Shown here: positions 38,348 to 42,299 of the stretch, piece by piece
Position numbering within the stretch: position 1 is the stretch's first letter
Layout: each line of letters begins with the position of its first letter
Notes under the pieces: generated by a model
The model's database searches: none
Seen by the model: the letters and a program-made list of their open reading frames with translations, nothing else
What the model was told of the DNA's origin: nothing
Program-made: the position numbers and the translations under genes
Source of the DNA: Microgenomates group bacterium
GTDB lineage: Bacteria > Patescibacteriota > Microgenomatia > UBA12405
NCBI GenBank assembly: GCA_049303675.1
Contig: JBAQNJ010000001.1
Span: forward strand, 956,001 to 998,299
Direction of reading: 5' to 3'
DNA: 42,299 nt

Positions 38348-41044
38348 GTGTACAAAAAACTAATTTCTTCACCCTATTTTTACCCACTTCTTCTAACTCT
38401 CATCTGTCTCTTTATTGCCTTTCGCAACTACACTCCTCATACATTTTTGACCGGTTGGGACACCTTGCATCCCGAGTTCGATTTTCCTCTCAATTTTTCC
38501 CGTCTATTATCTAGTGTCTGGCGAAGCGAGCAGGGACTCGGTGCGGTCTCTGGCCACAGCGCTATGGCCGACCTCCCCCGAGTCTTCATTCTCTGGATAT
38601 TTCATTTTATTTTTCCCCTTTCCTTCCTTCGTTATTCCTACATTTTCCTCTGCCTCATTCTCGGCCCCTTGGGAATATATTTTTTACTAAATTATTTATT
38701 TAAAAATAAATTAATTTCATTTTTATCTGCCTTATTCTATCTACTCAATCTGGGGTCAGTCCAACAATTTTATGTCCCATTTGAAATGTTCCCCACCCTC
38801 TGGGCGTTTCTCCCATGGACAGTTTTCTATACCCTAAAGTATCTTCAAACACCATCAACTTTTGGACTATTTACTTTTGGACTTTTTACTTTATTTTCAA
38901 CCCCATCTGCCTACGCTGCTCACCAGTGGTATCCTTTTTTCGGCGCCTTCATATTATTTATCTGTCTACATTTTATACAGTATCGCCTCCCCCTAAAGCG
39001 CTATAGCACAATCGTGCTATTGTGCTTGTTAATCAACTCTTTCTGGCTACTTCCCAATATCTATTATCTAGCTACATCATCATGGATACCACAACAAAAC
39101 CAACAAAACCGGCTCCACTCCCAAGAATTTCTACTCAAAAATCGGGAAACAGGTACACTCGTTGACTCCACCCTAACCAGGGGTTTTTATCTCAATTGGG
39201 ACATCTATAATTTTGAATCCAATAACTTCGAAAAGCTAATGCCCCAGTGGCGTGATCATTTTCGCAACTTTGATGTCAAAATTATCGGCTACTTATTATT
39301 TATTTTTTCCTTCATTGGACTTGGATTGGCCATCTATCAAAAAAATAAAATCCTTGCCTTTTCACCGTTCTTTATTATTCCATTTATATTACTCAGTAAC
39401 CAAACCATACCATTTAACTATCTGTTTGATATATTACTCAAGGTTCCCCTGCTCTCCGAAACTCTTCGCTTTATCTTTACTAAGGTCTCCACCTTATTCA
39501 TATTTGGTCAAACAATTTACCTCTCCTATTTTCTGTTAAATATAGCAAAATACATCAACGCCAAAGTGTTATCTTTTATATTTATTCTTTGTCTTTTTAT
39601 TTATTCATTTCCAGTTTTTCAAGGGTTTCTCATCTCCCCATCTGTCAGAATTAATATTCCTCCATCATATTTTGAACTAAATAAATATTTTTCAACACTC
39701 CAAAGCGGCAAAATTCTCACCCTCCCACTGCACAATCCCTCTGGTTGGACCTACAACGACTGGGGATATCAAGGATCAGGTTTTCTCTGGTGGGGAATTC
39801 CCCAAGCAGTTTTAGATCGTGATTCTGACCGCTGGTCAGTTCAAAACGAAGAGAGTTATCGCGAATTTTATACCTCACTTTATTCGAGTGATTCCAAAAA
39901 TTTTGCCAAATACTTGGCCAAATTCAAAATCAATTATTTACTCTGGGATGAATCAGTAATTTCCACCGCTCCCAAAAATAATGATCAAATTGTCCTCGCT
40001 TTTCAAACAATAAAACTAATTCAACAGTTAATTGATCAAAACACTATCATCTATTCAGGTACATTTGGTTCGGTCAAAATATATTCTCTAATAAATAGTC
40101 CCTCCCTAGTCCAACAATCAGAAAATCTTTCGAACATATATCCTGCTTATCACTGGAGTTATTTTGATTCAGCCTATGACAACCACGATTATAAATCAGA
40201 CTCTACTCAACCATTCATTACCATCCCCAATCGAGATATAATTTCTCCCCTCAACAAAGTCGACCCTTCAAAAATAGTTTACAACCGTGAAAACAGTACC
40301 ATCATATCCTTCCCTGCCAACGAAATCAGCGAAAAGACATTTTTGGGAACTCTTAATATCTTTTCCCAAGACAAAACTGACGGAATAAGTCTAAACCTCG
40401 ATAATTTACCCCATAATCGCTATTATCTGGTGGGAATCAAGTCAAATTACGTCTCGGGTATACCACTACGATTTTGTTTTAAAAATACCACTTCCGGATT
40501 ATGTCTTCTTGAAGATGAACTCTCCAAATTCAAAACTTCAAATTGGGACTATTTTTTAATCCCCAAAAGTGATGAAGATATCGGCTATGAAGTCGACCTT
40601 AGTGCTGTATCTCCCACCCACGACCTATCGTTTTCCCAACTTCAAGAGATTACTATTACCGACCTACCCTCGTCAGCATTCGAAACTTACATCCCCTTAT
40701 CATCAAATTTATCCACCAATTTAACCAGTACAAATTTCTTAAACAAAACTATTATCAAAATCAATTCAGGCCAACTGAATTCTGATACCCTTATCTTAAA
40801 CCAGTCCTTCTCCTCTGGCTGGATCGCCTTCTATCTTAATTGTAAGGGTAATGCTTTATGCTTACCCTCTCTCCTCCCCAATCACACCCTCATCAACAAC
40901 TGGGCCAACGGTTGGTCTATTCCAGAATCTAGTTTCCAGTTTCCAGTTTCTATTTATATCTTCTTCTGGCCCCAACTATTAGAGTTCTTAGGTTTCGGCC
41001 TACTTATCGGTACTTTTCTGTATATCTTCAAAACCAGAAGATAA
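38348..41044 (+). CDS. Large polytopic membrane protein, GT-C-like (AftD/DUF3367- or YfhO-like) glycosyltransferase candidate
   Basis: An 898-aa protein with more than 10 TM helices followed by a large extracytoplasmic domain. The N-terminal GWDTLHPEFDF...WRSEQGLGAVSG recalls the DUF3367 family (from memory). GTG start. Confidence 0.55.
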   Translation: MYKKLISSPYFYPLLLTLICLFIAFRNYTPHTFLTGWDTLHPEFDFPLNFSRLLSSVWRSEQGLGAVSGHSAMADLPRVFILWIFHFIFPLSFLRYSYIFLCLILGPLGIYFLLNYLFKNKLISFLSALFYLLNLGSVQQFYVPFEMFPTLWAFLPWTVFYTLKYLQTPSTFGLFTFGLFTLFSTPSAYAAHQWYPFFGAFILFICLHFIQYRLPLKRYSTIVLLCLLINSFWLLPNIYYLATSSWIPQQNQQNRLHSQEFLLKNRETGTLVDSTLTRGFYLNWDIYNFESNNFEKLMPQWRDHFRNFDVKIIGYLLFIFSFIGLGLAIYQKNKILAFSPFFIIPFILLSNQTIPFNYLFDILLKVPLLSETLRFIFTKVSTLFIFGQTIYLSYFLLNIAKYINAKVLSFIFILCLFIYSFPVFQGFLISPSVRINIPPSYFELNKYFSTLQSGKILTLPLHNPSGWTYNDWGYQGSGFLWWGIPQAVLDRDSDRWSVQNEESYREFYTSLYSSDSKNFAKYLAKFKINYLLWDESVISTAPKNNDQIVLAFQTIKLIQQLIDQNTIIYSGTFGSVKIYSLINSPSLVQQSENLSNIYPAYHWSYFDSAYDNHDYKSDSTQPFITIPNRDIISPLNKVDPSKIVYNRENSTIISFPANEISEKTFLGTLNIFSQDKTDGISLNLDNLPHNRYYLVGIKSNYVSGIPLRFCFKNTTSGLCLLEDELSKFKTSNWDYFLIPKSDEDIGYEVDLSAVSPTHDLSFSQLQEITITDLPSSAFETYIPLSSNLSTNLTSTNFLNKTIIKINSGQLNSDTLILNQSFSSGWIAFYLNCKGNALCLPSLLPNHTLINNWANGWSIPESSFQFPVSIYIFFWPQLLEFLGFGLLIGTFLYIFKTRR
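40930..40950. repeat. Tandem heptad array, (T/C)AGTTTC x3
   Basis: Reads tagtttc cagtttc cagtttc and encodes SSFQFPVS. Confidence 0.9.
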
Positions 41045-41086
41045 TTCCTCTTGATTTCCTCCTCAAAACATCTATATTCAAGATAC

Positions 41087-42091
41087 ATGAACGCACCGCT
41101 TCCCAAACGCATTGCCATCCTCTACGCTGATGCTCGCCGCGAATACTTTCCCTCCGAGCAAGTCTATATTTCCGAAGTCGAAGCCAAAGATCGCACCGCC
41201 GTCATCGCCGCGCGTCTAATTAAAATGGGTATCCACGCCACTACCTTCCCCGGCGATGCCCAGCTCACCGAAAACCTCAAAAAATATCGCCCTGATTTTG
41301 TCATCAATTGTGTTGACTCGGTCTATGGCCAAGAATATTTATGTGCCACCATCCCTGCCACTCTCGAACTTCTCCAAATCCCCTATACTGGCACTGGCGT
41401 CATGGGTATGACCATCAATACCAACAAATTCTTCACCAAAAACATCCTCGAACAGTGGGGCATTACCACTCCCAAATACCAGCTTCTCAAAGAATCGGTC
41501 GACGAACTCGATCCGATTATGGATTTCCCCCTCATTACCAAGCTCAACGATTTTCACGGCTCCATTGAAATTAGCGACGACTCTGTCTGTGAGGACGAAA
41601 AAAGTCTCCGCAGCCGTTTTAATTATCTTCACAATATTTACAAACAACCTATCTTAATCGAAGAATATATTGCTGGACGAGAAATTTCGGTTCATATAAT
41701 CGAAGGCCGCAATACCAAGGTCTACGCTGGTGAAAAAGTTTTCAAGCCTGAATATGAGGGTAAATACAAAATCGCCACCTATGCCAACAATTGGGGCGGT
41801 GAAGATATTTTTAGTTATCAAAAATATGAACTGCCCGATCGGGTCAAGGAAGATCTCAAAAAAGCCTTTGATGTCCTCAAGCTCGAAGACTTTGCCAAAT
41901 TTGATATTCGCCTCGATGCCTCTGGCCGCCACTATATTATTGATGTCAATGCCAATCCTACCCTCGGCCCCGACGAAGCTTCTATTAGTTCTGTCCTCGC
42001 TCTCTACGATCTCAATTTCGAAGATATCCTCAACAAAATAATCATCAACACCGTCACCGATCCCACCAATAATATAGTATCAAGTATTTAG
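41087..42091 (+). CDS. ATP-grasp enzyme, D-alanine--D-alanine ligase family-like
   Basis: Shows the Ddl-like layout (RIAILYAD... EEYIAGREISV ... FDIRLDASGRHYIIDVNANP). ATG 41087 is preferred over TTG 41051. Confidence 0.7.
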   Translation: MNAPLPKRIAILYADARREYFPSEQVYISEVEAKDRTAVIAARLIKMGIHATTFPGDAQLTENLKKYRPDFVINCVDSVYGQEYLCATIPATLELLQIPYTGTGVMGMTINTNKFFTKNILEQWGITTPKYQLLKESVDELDPIMDFPLITKLNDFHGSIEISDDSVCEDEKSLRSRFNYLHNIYKQPILIEEYIAGREISVHIIEGRNTKVYAGEKVFKPEYEGKYKIATYANNWGGEDIFSYQKYELPDRVKEDLKKAFDVLKLEDFAKFDIRLDASGRHYIIDVNANPTLGPDEASISSVLALYDLNFEDILNKIIINTVTDPTNNIVSSI

Positions 42092-42150
42092 TAGTATGTA
42101 TTAAGTATTCATTGTATTATACGTAATACTTGATACTTAATACTTTATAC
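42076..42150. repeat. Inverted block of AATACTT-family heptads between convergent genes
   Basis: agtatcaagtatt (42076-42088) is the exact reverse complement of aatacttgatact (42125-42137). The block covers both stop codons. Confidence 0.8.
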
Positions 42151-42299
42151 ATTTTGAAATTTTCTGTCCCAAAATTTCAAAATCCTTCTCTTTCCATCCC
42201 CTGGTCGTCATCGCCGGTGTGCCAATTCGTATTCCCGATGGCTTAAATGGACTCCCTTTTTCATTTGGAATCGTATTTTTATTGACAATAATTCCATAT
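42137..42299 (-). CDS. glyA: Serine hydroxymethyltransferase, C-terminal part (N-terminus beyond the window end)
   Basis: Reverse translation gives [49 protein letters not shown]-stop, the conserved SHMT block. Confidence 0.85.
   Translation of the reverse strand, partial: YGIIVNKNTIPNEKGSPFKPSGIRIGTPAMTTRGWKEKDFEILGQKISKCIKY

Noticed and set aside
505-42150. I considered whether the many short tandem repeat arrays could be CRISPR arrays.
   Set aside because: The units are 7 nt, directly abutting with no spacers. There are only 3-5 copies, and most lie in frame inside conserved genes. No cas genes are present.

Overview
This is a gene-dense, low-GC bacterial chromosome segment. Its gene content and compact style suggest a reduced-genome, CPR/Patescibacteria-like organism, but that lineage call is inference only. 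Housekeeping genes are topA (partial), mrdA-mreB, divergent def and fmt, rpmB, rpmG, an Rrf2 regulator, a sufC-sufB-short sufD-sufS-sufU cluster, several envelope glycosyltransferases, two NUDIX hydrolases, hpf, galU, an LPXTG protein, an L,D-transpeptidase, a GGDEF protein, a Ddl-like ATP-grasp enzyme and glyA (partial). There are five intact tRNAs and two truncated tRNA copies. I saw no rRNA and no CRISPR array. The most unusual region is a ~6.7 kb island (18254-24958) inserted at the 3' end of tRNA-Ser(UGA). It is bounded by a 7-bp direct core, CCGCCAA, and carries a large serine recombinase. It also has an internal inverted attP-like composite site, so the recombinase cassette and the cargo block are each bracketed by perfect inverted repeats of 84 and 108 bp. 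The cargo is XRE-HTH, a 481-aa protein with a PD-(D/E)xK-like nuclease motif, an APH-like kinase, an SDH/ClpP-fold serine protease, a small membrane protein and an unknown 180-aa protein. It looks like an uncharacterised defence or addiction module. Other recurring oddities: (1) tRNA genes abutted to the nucleotide by homing-endonuclease-type ORFs and by start codons; (2) two truncated tRNA copies whose anticodon arm is replaced by the same 18-nt palindrome; (3) T-loops with C at position 55; (4) many dispersed tandem heptanucleotide arrays that sit in frame inside conserved genes; (5) two candidate structured noncoding RNAs.
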